Below the pieces are notes generated by a model, which saw only the letters and a list, made by a program, of their open reading frames with translations, made no database searches and was not told where the DNA came from. Positions 50,020 through 62,524 of a DNA stretch of 64,000 bases are shown here, in pieces. Positions within the stretch are counted from its first letter, which is position 1, and every line of letters starts with the position of its first letter. Source of the stretch: Eledone cirrhosa (taxonomy: Eukaryota); contig OZ024741.1 of assembly GCA_964016885.1 (NCBI GenBank), positions 223,572,001-223,636,000 on the forward strand. Direction: 5' to 3'. A program made the translations under genes and the position numbers.

Positions 50020-50396
50020 TTAACCCTTTAGCATTTAAACTGGCCATATATGGCCAGAATTCTCATACCAGTGTTAAGGTATTGTTCTCAAAATAAATAA
50101 CATCAAAATCTCGTAGCTTTGATATTATGTGAGGTAAGGCCTTTACCATGAAAATACAATAGTAAATATAATTGTTTCTACGTTTGGCACAAGGCCAGCA
50201 ATTACCCAGTGCATTACTGGTACTTTATTTTATCGACCCCGTAAGGATGAAAGGCAAAGTTAACCTCGGCGGGATTTGAACTCAGAATGGCAAGGGCCGT
50301 AACTCTATATGTCAAAGCATGGCGTCCGACCCTCTACCGATACTGCCAATCCACCGCCCTACAATAGTAAATATAATGTGAATGCTAAAGGGTTAA
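50020..50396. mobile_element. piggyBac-like MITE with nested Nin-SINE (50173-50359, minus)
   Basis: TTAA-CCCTTTAGCATT..AATGCTAAAGGG-TTAA; SINE TSD TACAATAGTAAATATAAT (18 bp); MITE copies at 48667-48860, 50590-50767 and 51531-51712. Confidence 0.85.
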
Positions 50397-51713
50397 ACTG
50401 GATACACATGCTTATGTATATAAACATATGTATAAACACACATACACACTCATATATATATAGGATCAGACTTTTTGAGGCAATGTTTTACAGTCGGTTG
50501 CTCTTCCTGACACCAACCATTTTAGTTGTTTCTTGTGACATGCAGGAATGCAGTGACTTATTCTAAACCAGATATACATGAACAAAAAAACTATTGTATT
50601 TTGATGGTAAAGGCTATATCTCACATAATATGGAATCTATGAGATTTTTATATTATTTTGAAAACAATATCTTAACGTCAGTATGAGCAGCTGGTTCCAG
50701 CCAGTTTGAGCTGAAAGAGGTGACAGAATTCTGGCTGGATATGGCTGGTTTAAATGCTAAAGGGTTAAACTTCATTGAAAAAAAAAAAATAATAACGTGA
50801 TGAAACTGTCAGCAAAGATATCTAAACCAAGAGTTGTGAAATTTTGTTGTGCTTTCAACCTTGTTCCAGGCACTACCACTTGTAATGCCAATGAGATGAA
50901 GATAGCCACATACCCAGACTTGACCTACTGCTTCTTTTTTGCGCTGATTATCATTGAGACCTCTGCTGTTGGTCCCTGAACTACCATTTTCCTCTGCAAA
51001 ATTGAGAGTCGTACATCATGCCTGAGGAGGGAGCCCTTGTTAATGTAGAGTGGCTGATGCTGTGAGTGCCACTGGCTGCTTTCTACAGCTATACCTCTGC
51101 CATTTTGTCCATAGGTCACGACTAAGGTATACGGCCTAGATTGCGGTGTAGAGTCTACCACTTCCCCTCCTTTCCCTTATGATATTTAAATTTTTCTCCT
51201 TTTTTTTTTGTAAGCATTGTATAATCCAATTGAAATTTGTTGAATAAAATATGTATTAGATTGGGTGATCTGTAGGAAGTTAATGGAAATTGTATTGTCC
51301 ATTGCATAGCTTTTGCTACTGTTAGGAATGAAAAATATGACACAAATGCTGCAAAGTTTAAGAGGAAAACTGATATAAAAAAGAAAGTGAAAATGTCTTG
51401 CATATAACCCTCACTATGTTTCCTTGGATGTTGTGTCACAGAAAAATAAAAACTTTTAAAACAAAAACTTTGATATCAACAAAGGTGGTTGTACTGGAAC
51501 CGCAACAAAAAAAAGCATTCAGTACAGCCTTTAACCCTTTAGCATTTAAACCAGCCATATCTGGCCAGAATTCTCTCACCTCTTTCTGTTTAAAGCCGCT
51601 CATACTTATGTTAAGGAATTGTTCTCAAAATAAATGATATCAAAGTCTCATAGATTCTATATTATGTGTGATAATTGTGTGAGGTAAAGTGTTTACTGTA
51701 AAAATATAATAGT

Positions 51714-52812
51714 ATCATCATCATCATCATCATTGTTTAACATCTATCTTCCACACTAGCATGGGTTAGACGGGAATTGTCCCACTTGAGGCAAGATTGG
51801 TTGGGTGACCGTGTCTCACTCGTATAGGACTACCTGGCAGGTTTTCTATGGCTGGATGCCCTTCCTAACACCAACCACATTTACAGTGTGGACTGGGAGC
51901 TTTTTACCGTGTTGCCGACATGGCCACATTACAGTGTGGACTGTGTGTTTTTTTGTCGTGTCACCTACACAACCTCATTAGTTTGGACTTTTTACCGTGC
52001 TGCCAACATAACTTTATAGAGAAAGGGCTGGTGTTGGCGGGAGTGGAAGGATGGAGTAGGGGTATGTTTGGTTAAGAGGAGCCTACTGACTAGGTTAACT
52101 TTGCAAGTAGGGAAGGCAGGTCTTCTGAATTACTGCATGGCGCCAAAGATCTCGATCCAGTGACCTTGTCTTAGAGAGGTACAAGTGTGTAAGGTCAACA
52201 TTTATCATGTTGTCCCAGGTTTTTCTGGGTCTACCTACTCTGTAACTTCCATCAATTTTGATCGCCCTGCACTTTTTTATACAGCTGTCGTCTTTCATGC
52301 GCATCACGTGACCATACCAACGTAATCTTCTCTTAAGTAAACAGCATCTGACCCCTCTTATTCCTAATTTCTCACTTAGTTCATTTATGTTTTGCTGTTC
52401 GTGTATATTACTATTGCACTTCCAACGGAGCATGCATGCTTCGTTCCTTTCCAGTCTATGCAGGTCCTCTGCACACAATGCCCATGTCTCACTGCCATGT
52501 AACATTGCTGTTCGTATACAAGCTTCATACAATCTGCCTTTAATTTTCAGAGAGAAACCTTTTGTGGCCAAAAGCGGTATTAGCTCTCTGAACTTTTTCC
52601 ATCCTGTTCTGACTCTGGCTACTGTACTTTCAGAGCACCCTCCACCACTGCTGATTTTGTCACCCAGGTAACAGAAAGTGTCCACTATTTCTATAGAACC
52701 GTCTGGGCAGTAGAAGGAGCTAGTATCCTGTGGGCACTTGCTACTTATTGCACCTGAGCATCGGCCACATATAAAATCTATGTTCTTAGATTGCTTGTCT
52801 GTGATCCCTAGA
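51714..52812 (-). mobile_element. PHD-RTE 3' fragment with SINE-like 3'UTR
   Basis: ORF 52095-52685: FCYLGD..HGSETW..RLRWYGHVMR..GRPRKTW. Confidence 0.88.
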
Positions 52813-53486
52813 TTAATGAAAATTACAAAGGGTTAATGTGGTAGTGCTGACCTGCTGCTTTGGACCATACTCTGTATGCAAAAATAGGACAGCTGTGAAC
52901 CCCCACTGTCTCACCCCTTTCCTTCTCCATCATAGCTATCAGCAGAAAGTGTTTACATATCTTCATTTGCAGCATCAGTCAAGGCAGAGCCATGCTCAAA
53001 CTGAACGGTCACATCCAACACCAGACCATCTGAAGCCCAGATCAAGAATGAGTCTTGTATTATTTACATGGTAACATAACTCCTAGCCTACCACCCAACT
53101 GAGCTGTATATTTTTACCCAGACTCTAATGATAACAAGTAAAAGATTGAAGTGAAGTTGTATTCTATTACTTAGCTTTTCAGTTGCTAATAAATATATTC
53201 TGTCAACAGGTGTGGCAAAATGGTCCACTAGGCATGAAAACTGGATATGGCATTCTCACCAGTTACTGATCACAGCTTAAAATATTCATAGCAAGACCCT
53301 TGGATGTTTATTATACATAAATGTGTCATAGATGTTTTCATATACACCTCTATTATGAAGCATTCTTTAGTACCAATAGTAGTAATAGTTGTTGTTACTT
53401 AGCTCTTATCCTGCTGATTTTATGATCAAAAGGATTCCAGTTGTGGCCATCCAGCTTTATTTTCAGATATAGTATATCTTGCACTG

Positions 53487-53645
53487 TAGGTGATGAATTA
53501 GCAGAATCATTGGAACATCAGATAGAATACTCTGTTGTATTTATTCTGGCTCTCCGCACTCTGAGTTCCAATCTTGCTGAGGTCAGCTTTGCCTTTCATC
53601 CTTTTGAGGTTGATAAAAAGAAGTACCAGTCCAGTATTGGGGTCT
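53487..53645 (+). mobile_element. Degenerate Nin-type SINE
   Basis: CTTTGCCTTTCATCC..GATAAAAAGAAGTACCAG. Confidence 0.6.
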
Positions 53646-53709
53646 CTATATCTCTTTCCCACTTCATCATTCACTTTCTCTCTCCTTCTCTGGAAGAAAT
53701 TGGTTGTTC

Positions 53710-56455
53710 TGTTATAGAGAGGGTATGGGATTTGCCAAGTTTAAAATACCAAAGACATGCCATATGTCACTTAGGTGCCCCTACAACACCATCAGGAGTT
53801 ACAGGGGTGGGGGTTCTATCCATACCTGGATATTTTTTCAATAATAAAATTACTCCTTCAAACTCCACCATTTCTCTGCAGAGCTGTTCTTCTAGAGAAT
53901 GGGTTGCAGGTGGCAGATAGCAATACAGCCACCAGATATGATGAATAAGCAACCTCAGACCAACAGCAGTAAACTACTAGGGGAGATGGAGCAGTGGATG
54001 AAACTGTTAGCTCACTAAAAAACACTCACAACCCAGTTATGTAGCTATGATGAGGCAAGTAATTACTGCCTCGAACAAAGTCTGGTCTTTGTAGGTTTGT
54101 ATTTGGTGACTGGCACAAACATGACCACCAAAACACTGCAATATGACCAGAAACAGTAATGGTATCAATACTACTTCAGCCTTTGTGCAGGATAACAAGG
54201 GATGTGTTCAATCCTTGAGTAGAGAGACTTGTTCAAGAAATATATTGCAGTCTCCATCCAATGCTGGTTATGGGCCTGTGACCTATCCTGGGAAGTGTGG
54301 GATGGAAGCACGAAGTTATGTATTCCAAGACTCCAGAGAGGGTCTGCAAGGGATCAAACCTTGACAATTGGTAACTGGAATGTTACAAGCCTTAGAAGCA
54401 AGGAGCAGGAACTGGTGGAGGAGGCTAGATGCTACTGGTTAGATATAGTTGGGGATTCCTCAACAAAGTTCTGTGGCTCTGGTACTGTAGATATGGATGG
54501 AGGATGGAAACTCGTTTATTCAGGTGTGGCACCAGAACAGACTACACAGGTAGGAGTGGGGATACTCCCAAGTCCCCAGTTGTCGGAATGTGTTATGGAC
54601 TGGATCCCATTAGGAGGGAGGATTTTCCCCTTCAACCTTAGGCTGAAAGATAGGTTGGGGGGGACTGCAAGTTTATGCACCAAACAAAGAGTATGAATAC
54701 AGATCATTCCTTGATGAAGTCACCTCAGCGTTATATGTAATTAAGACTGAGTCATATATCCTGATGGGAGACTTTAATGGTGAAGTCGCTGCAGTGTTAA
54801 ATGAAGTTAAGACTGAGTCATATATCCTAATGGGATAATTCAATGCACATGTTGGTAATCACTACCTGACTTGGGAAAGAATAATTGGCATGAATGTCAA
54901 TCCCGATATAAATATGAATGAGGTGTCCTTATTAGACTTCTTTTCTAGTAATGGGCTCTCTATTATGAACACTTTCCAGCACAGAGACATCCATAAATAT
55001 ACAGGGACAGAGATCAATAATTGATTTTGTTATTGTTTCTGATCTCTTTGATTCTGTGCTGGATGTTCATGTTAAGAGAGGGGCTGAACTGTCAACTGAT
55101 CACCATCTAGTTATCTGCAGCCTGACACTGCCTAAGTTTTCAAAAAGGGAGACAAGATAAATTGCTCTAATTATAGAGGAATTCCCTTGTTCAGCTTCTG
55201 CAGTAAAGTCTATGCTAAGTGTCTGGCAGAGAGATGTAGGGATACTGTCGAGTTCAAGTTAGCTGAAAAACTGTGGTTTTCATCCCGGATGTTGCATTGG
55301 CAATCAAATATTCACACTGCTGCAGGTCTTTGAGAAACCATGTGAATACTACCTAGGGGTTTATACTTATTTTCATAGACCTCAAAAAGGCATATGACCA
55401 TGTTCTAGGGGGCCTGTTGTGGAAGCTTCTTTATGAGTGTATGAGTATGGCATTAATGGACAGTTTCTTGTTGCCCTGATGTCTTTATAAGAATGCCCTC
55501 GTATTTGTGTTCAGATAAATGGTTCTGAATGGAAACCATTCAATGTGTCGGACTCTGCCAAGAATGCATACTGTCACCCCTCTTGTTCATAATCTTCATG
55601 GATAGGATTGACATGCACAACACGTCTGGAAGTGGTATCAAGATGGGTGAGAGTAGGATTAGTTGGCTGGGATTTGCAGACAACATGGTACTACTTAATT
55701 TCTCAGTAGGTGATCTCTAACATGCTCTTGATATGTTTGTTGCTGAGTACTGTGTGGTAGGAAGGAAAATCAGTGTTGCGAAGACTGAGACACACGTCCT
55801 CTCAAGGAAGCCTGCACAGTACAATCCACATCTGAGTGAAGTTCCACCAAAGCAGATGGAGAAGTTCAAGTATCTCAGGGCCATGTTCATGAGTGATGGA
55901 AGGCAGCAGGTTGAATTAAGTGCAAGAATTGCTGAAGCTGGTGTAGTAATGTACCAGCTTCAGCATTCAGTAATCAGAAGAAAGGGAATAAGCATAAAAG
56001 CCAAATTTGGTATCTTCAATTTGGTATTCATGCCAGCCCTTACCAATGGACATGAATCTTGGATAATGATCGAAAGAATACAATTACAAATATAAGTGGC
56101 CGAAATGGATTTCCTCCAAAGGGTCTTTGGAGCAATGTTACTTGAATGCATAGCTTGGAGATAAGAGTGTCACTCTAGGTAGAGTCGCTACTCCTCCGAA
56201 TGAGAGATCACATCTCTGATATTATGGGCATGTGGTTAGAATGTCTCAGGAAAGAATTACAGGACAGATTTTATGGGCAAAATCAACTGGCAGGAGGCCC
56301 AAGATAGTTGGATAACATCCATGAGCTCGGCTGGTCTCACTTGTGGATTTAGCTGGATCAATTGGAGACAGTTGCCTTTGGCAGGACTTGTTGAAAGGTG
56401 TACTTGAGGACTCTGCCTCCACAACCCTCCCAAGTATAAGTAGGTGAAGAAGAAA
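53710..56455 (+). mobile_element. Decayed RTE LINE with probable 5'UTR (same family as 18.2-21.0 kb)
   Basis: IGNWNVTSL, GFADNMVL, KFKYL, GHESW; large internal deletion at ~55135. Confidence 0.85.
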
Positions 56456-57339
56456 GTCCACTACACTTATCTTACATCCATGACATAGTTTCTCACCCTT
56501 TCACTCTACCACATCATCTCTTGAACCCCACACACTCATGACATTGAGTTCGTTACTCTCCCCCCTTGTCACTTACACATGATATACCTACCGCCTTTCT
56601 TACCTACCTCAACCTATTCCCTCATATCCCTTATATAGGGTAGGGAGAGCTGTTTTGGTGGAGTCTATGACTGACAACTTCCATAGTGCTGGTGTCACAA
56701 TATATTATAAAGATAAAAAGCCCATAACTCTTGACGGAGTTGTAAGGGTATTGTCCTGACACATGGCATGCCTTGGATGTTTTAAACTTTATGGAACCAA
56801 ACCTTCCCCATATCTATGCAAGAAATCAACCTCAATATTGGAGTGGTACTTTATCAACCTCGAAAGGATGAAGTACAAAGTTGACTTTAATGGGAATTGA
56901 ACTTAGAATGCAGAGAGCCAGAACAAATACTGAGGCATTTTTTTTTTTATCAGACACCCTAATGCCTTGCCACAATAAAAAGTACTGCTAAAACTAAATT
57001 CACTACTCTGCTCCCTATATTAATTAAAATCTGGGGTTGTTTCCCCTGCATTTTTTAACTAGAATTGCTCCTGTAAATGTTAATTGTTCTCATTACTAAA
57101 GGCATAATTTTAATTAATTAAAATTCTTTGCCTTACTATATCAAATATGCTAGCGCCTACTTCACTACATGGAAATACCTGACTAAGTTCATTTTAGCCT
57201 AATGAAGTCTGAACAGAATACTATACTGACATTTTCAAGTTGATGTAGAGCGATTGGTAGTCAAGTATAAGTGACAACCACTTATAAATTGAAGCTTTGT
57301 TCTTTCTACTTCATCATAGACTCACTGAAGATATTAAAC

Positions 57340-57690
57340 CTTCCACCATCACCACTACTAATACTGCCATCACCACCAGCACCACCACCATTACTATGAT
57401 CACTATCAACAATACCAGCATCACCTCTATTACTGTCATCAACATCATTACTACTATCACCACTACTCTTATCACTACCATCAACACTACCAACACCATC
57501 ACCATCCACATTATCGCTACCATTACCACTGCCAACACTAATGCCACCACCACCACCAATAACAACAAGAAGCAATACAGCTACTCTCTTCATCAATACC
57601 ACTACAATATGTCCCCCATTACCATCACCACCACCACCACACTATCAGCACAACTGCAACATCCATCACTGCCTCCACCACAAAATACAC
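57340..57690. repeat. (ACC/ACT/ATC)n low-complexity tract
   Basis: Direct inspection. Confidence 0.85.
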
Positions 57691-58065
57691 ACACACATGA
57701 ATTGCTTCTTCTCACTACATTATTTTTAAGTTATATATTTAATGCTGCTAGCTGTATTTCAATTAATTAATGAAGAATTTGGTAGGATTAGCTAAAATTG
57801 TTTTATTAAGATGGCAATTGTAACATAATTTAACAAAAGGTTCTTTATAATATGTTGTCAAGTTTTCATTTAAAAAGGAACCCATTAAAATGGCTTGTTT
57901 TGTTTCATTGAAGTAGAAGCAGTTTTGGTTGGATTAGTATCAATACTAACATGACTATTGTGTTTATGTGCAGAATAAATTATTTCAAATGCTTATAATG
58001 CTCACTATAAGTAGTTGATAGCTTTTGCTAGAAGGTAAGAAAGGTGGTATATATATAATGAAGAA

Positions 58066-58395
58066 TGTAAGTCGTTATAGTTATTAGTAAGGTTAGATCA
58101 AAAGGCATTAAATAGACAAACTCCATTATAAGTATGTACTTCATTTATTCTTGCTTCACACTGTGAAACTCATTTTGCCTGTATTTCCATGTGTGAGATA
58201 CGACAGGATATGTAGATTTTTCCGGAGACTCGTCTTCTGTCTTACTTCCGTTCTCTGGTCTAAGTAGTCCAGTTACTTGTATCGCTACGCCGAAGGTTTT
58301 GATTGGCTCACACTTCAGCCAATTTACTTCTGTAACATTTTTCTTCCGCCGAAGGAAAAAACATTTAATTACAAAGGATCTATATTACTGCTACA
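58066..58395 (-). mobile_element. Possible solo LTR
   Basis: TGTA..TACA termini, two CCAAT boxes, ETS motif, AATAAA ~80 nt from the minus-strand end; no TSD, (TA)n flanks. Confidence 0.3.
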
Positions 58396-58399
58396 TATA

Positions 58400-59510
58400 T
58401 ATATCATGTGTAAGTGACAAGGGGGAGAGTAATGAGTTCAATGTCATGAGTGGAAGAAGTGGGTATACTGAAAGTATAGTAGCAGTCAAGATGGGAACGT
58501 AGTAGAAAAAGTTCAGGGAACCATTGTTTCTGCTGGTAACAATGGTTTTTTTTCACAGAGTTAAAGGCGGATTGTATGATGTGCAATGTTGTTTGGGAGT
58601 GAGCCATGGGCCTTGAATGTAGACAATCTATGATGGCTGGAAAGAAATGATGTGTGCATGCTCCAACAGATTTGTAATGTTAGTGCGCATGAACAATAAA
58701 GCACAGATGGGCCGAGAGAAAAGCTGGATATAAGAGGAAGTAAATGTAAAACTACACTGCTATGGACATGTGATACATATGGAAGAAGATGTTAATTGTA
58801 TATAGAAGTGTGAAGCACTTGAAATGAATGGAATCTATTAGACCAAAGAGAACATAGGACGAAGTTGTGAAGATATATTATCATCATCCTTTTATGTCTG
58901 TTTTTCCATGCTTACATAGGTTGGATGGGACTTTTCCATCATAGTTCCCAACTGTATTTCTTTATCATCTCTGTCAGGTTCAGCATTTTGAGATCTGCTC
59001 TCACCACTTCTGTCCAGTTTTTTCTTGGCCTTCCTCTGCTATAGTTTTCCTTCCACTGGGAACTCCTGGCACTTCTTCACCTGTCAATCATAATCTATAT
59101 GCATCACATGTCCATACCAACATAGTCTTCTCTTTTACACACTACATTTGATTCCCCTTATATCCAGTTTTTCTCTCAGGCCATCTATGCTTTGCCATTC
59201 ATGCATATTAACATCATATCCATTGAAGCATGCTTGCTTCATTTCTCTCCAGCCTTCACATTCTCTGCATTTACTGTCCATGTTTCACTTCCATGCAACA
59301 TCACACTTCGTATGCAAGCATCATACAAATGGCCTTTCATTTATAGAGAGAAACTTTTAGTGTTAACAGATGCAGTAGTTATCTGAATTTTTTTCCATCA
59401 TGTACTTATTCTAGCTACTATATCTTCAGAGAAACATCCTTCACTGCTTATTTGGTCACCTAGGTAACAGATACTATCAACTACTTCTATGGAGCTTTCT
59501 TGGAATCGGA
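58400..59510. mobile_element. Two tail-to-tail degenerate PHD-RTE 3' fragments
   Basis: Plus 58400-58875 and minus 58880-59510; GHV/YGH and HGSETW motifs. Confidence 0.65.
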
Positions 59511-59834
59511 GAAGTTTATTACACTAGGGATGATCTCGAGAAACTGAACCTCATGAAGGAGATGCCAAAAAACTATGATGATTGGTGACATTGTGCTGTA
59601 GAAGACCAACCTATCGGTGATAACATGCCAGAATAGTCCTTAAAATAATGGTGTTGACAGTTTAACTTGTTTCTGTTGTTATTTTAGTGTCTGTTCTCTT
59701 GTCTAGGGTATGTGTATTGTGTTATTGAGTCAGGTGGTGAATATATTCTGTATGTGTTGTGTAATCAGTGATATTTATCGCAATGTCAGTTGGGTGTTTG
59801 TGTAATATTGTGCTGTGGCTGTCTAGCATGCCGG

Positions 59835-59960
59835 TTGTTATTGCTTCTGCTGTTGCTTCTGTCATTGTTGTTGTTATTGCTGCTGTTGCTTCTGTCATTG
59901 TTGTTGTTATTGCTGCTGTTGCTTCTGTCATTGTTGTTGTTGTTATTGCTGCTGTTGCTG
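59835..59960. repeat. 33-bp tandem repeat (TTGTTATTGCTGCTGTTGCTTCTGTCATTGTTG)
   Basis: About 3.5 copies. Confidence 0.85.
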
Positions 59961-60424
59961 CAAGGAGACCATCCTGTAACATCTTGGTATTGATTTTGTT
60001 TGATATAAACCCAAGCGGTCATTAAAGCTGAAAACTTTAATTAAGCAGATCAAAGTAAATATGCTTTGCCTTCAATTTGACAAAAAAAAACAACTAACAA
60101 ATATAATGTTTTATGTAAAACGTTGGCTGTTATCTCAATGAATAAGATGTGTGGTTTAGTGAAGTACTACTGGGAAGGCAGGAATGAAATAACATCATCT
60201 ATTAGTAAATAGTACTAAAATTACTAAAACTTATGCTTTTACACCTAGACATTACCTTACACTAATAAATTGTTTTATTTCAGGTTTAGGCATCTTTAAA
60301 TTGTTTGGTCTCATGTTTAGACACTAGTAAATGTCTTTGTTAAATAATAATAAAAAAACAAAACAGTATTCAATTCTCAATGTCCTGTATCACATGAAAC
60401 CTCCTTAGCAAAAAGTTCTTGAGA

Positions 60425-60915
60425 AGTGCCTGGTGCCATAACCTCTTGCTTGATGCCATAACAACTGGTCTGGTGCCATAACATCTAGCCTAGTGGCATA
60501 ACATCTGGTCTGGTGCCATAATGTCTGGCCTGGTGTCATAACAACTGGTCTGGTGTCATAATGTCTGCTCTGGTGCCATAGTGACTGACCTGGTGTCATA
60601 ACAACTGGTCTGGGCCCATAATCTCTGGCCTGGTGCCATAACGTCTGGTCTGGTCCCATAAGATCTGGTCCAGTCCCATAACATCTAGTTTGGTGCAATA
60701 TAAAGTCTGGTGTCACATCTGGTCGAGTCTGATGTCACGATGTCTGGTCGAGTCTGATGTCACGACATCTGGTCTAGTCTGATGTCATGACATCTGATCT
60801 AGTCTGATGTCATGACGTCTGGTCTAGTCTGATGTCATGACATCTGGTCTAGTCTGGTGCCATGACATCCGATCTGGTGCCTTTATATCTAGTCTTGTCT
60901 GGTCTGGAGCAACAA
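60425..60915. repeat. Minisatellite switching from a 20-bp to a 25-bp unit
   Basis: CTGGTGCCATAACATCTGGT, then CTGGTCTAGTCTGATGTCATGACAT. Confidence 0.9.
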
Positions 60916-61529
60916 CATCCTGTCTAGTTTCATAACATTTCTTTAATTTGTTTAAAATATTTTAGCTGCCAGTGCTACACATATATTAAGGGCAGTAGAG
61001 TGTGTTGCTCTTACAGGCAGCTAAACTGGTTGAAACAGATCTGTAACAGCACCTAAGCTAATGAACCCTTTTGATACCAACCCTTTCTGAAACTGCCTAT
61101 GGTTCTATGATGAAAAGCTGTTTTTATGTCAGGATCTTTTCTTATGTTGTGCTCAAAACATTACCTTTGTAAGGGCATAATTAATCATTTTAGTAAATCC
61201 CTCAAAATTTTTCATTAATTGAAATAGAATGTATTTTATCAGAAATATGGTATGATAAGGTAAAAGGCCCTTAGCTCTTGATGGAGTCACAAGGGGTATT
61301 TTAAACCTGACAGTGCCCATCCCTCTCCAGGTTGGAATGCAGCCAATTTCTTCCAGAGAAAGAGACAGGGGAACAATCAGTACCAGTATTAGATTGGTAC
61401 TTTATTCATCAACCTCGAAAGGATGAAAGACAGAGTTGACCTCGGTGGGATTTGAACTCAAAGCACAGTAGGCCAGAACAAATACCAATTCTCCTCCGCC
61501 TATCCTTGGTCATCCAGTGGGATGCCTCA

Positions 61530-62025
61530 CTGATTCCACACAGTACTTCCATTTACCACAGTCATTCATGTTGGTCTTGAGCTCCTCTATTGTCTTCATG
61601 TCTCTGTCTTCTAGCAGAGTGTCTAAATAGGTGATTTTTCTCTTTCTTCTACAGGTTCTTCCTTCTGTAGGTTACCAGAGCACTAACTTGTTTTCCACCT
61701 CATCATTTTGTCTGAAGCAGTGGGTTATGAGTCACATCCTTTTTTGTTGAACTGTTAATGAAACTTTTGGAAGATCATCATAAAGTTCAGCATTTGTAAC
61801 ATTGAGTGCCATCCTAAGTATTCTGGTGTAGCATCCATCTCATTGTTTCTTTAAGGCTTTTATAAGTATCCATGTTTCTACTCCATAAAGCAAAACATTC
61901 TACTACAGCTGTGAACAATCTACCTTCAGTCTTCTTGGAGCTTTTTTTAAAAATGTATGGCATGCTGTCCATGCTTGCACTTTTCTTACTGAGAAGTCTT
62001 TTTCAGAACTTTGGGTCCAGGATCC
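61530..62025 (-). mobile_element. Degenerate RTE 3' fragment (family of 24470-24972)
   Basis: DGCYTRILRMALN, GRTCRRKRKITYLD. Confidence 0.65.
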
Positions 62026-62493
62026 TAGATATAGAAATATATATATATATAATACCAACACCCTTAACAACTCTGCAAATTTGTCACCTTAAAAATATAT
62101 TAATGAAAGAGTTAATTTTCTGAAATAATGTTGATCATTTATCTTGCAAAAACAAAATATTGAGTTATTGTTGAGGAAATAGAAAATGTCAAATCTCCAT
62201 TAATCAGTTTGTGGCTAAAATTATCATTACTGAATTATTTATCAAGTCAGCAAAAGGGCAAATATAATGCTGGAGTAGAATATTGGATGACTTTTCTTTT
62301 GTCTGAGTCAAAATAATAAACCTATTTCTGTTCATTCTAAACTAGAAGATAATCTGAAGCAATAGTTGCTGATTAGATTACAAGGTCACAAGTCATCCTC
62401 ATCATCATTGTCCTCTTCATCATTGTCTTCCTCATCATTGTTGTGGATATCATTGTCGCTATTGTTCTCATCATTATCGTCAGCATAATTGTT

Positions 62494-62504
<11 letters not shown>

Positions 62505-62524
<20 letters not shown>

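Noticed and set aside
49550-51160. Coding-looking stretches (YYIGCHRAFMDFIEFY..; 50797-51161)
   Set aside because: No recognisable family, stops present and no convincing splice sites; left uncalled.
57297-57770. Thr/Ile-rich and Asn-rich ORFs (also 59722-60025, 40684-41325, 27240-27708)
   Set aside because: Microsatellite translations.
56533-58450. ~55-bp inverted pair as TIRs of a 1.9-kb transposon
   Set aside because: Both appear to be pieces of oppositely oriented retroelement remnants; no TSD.
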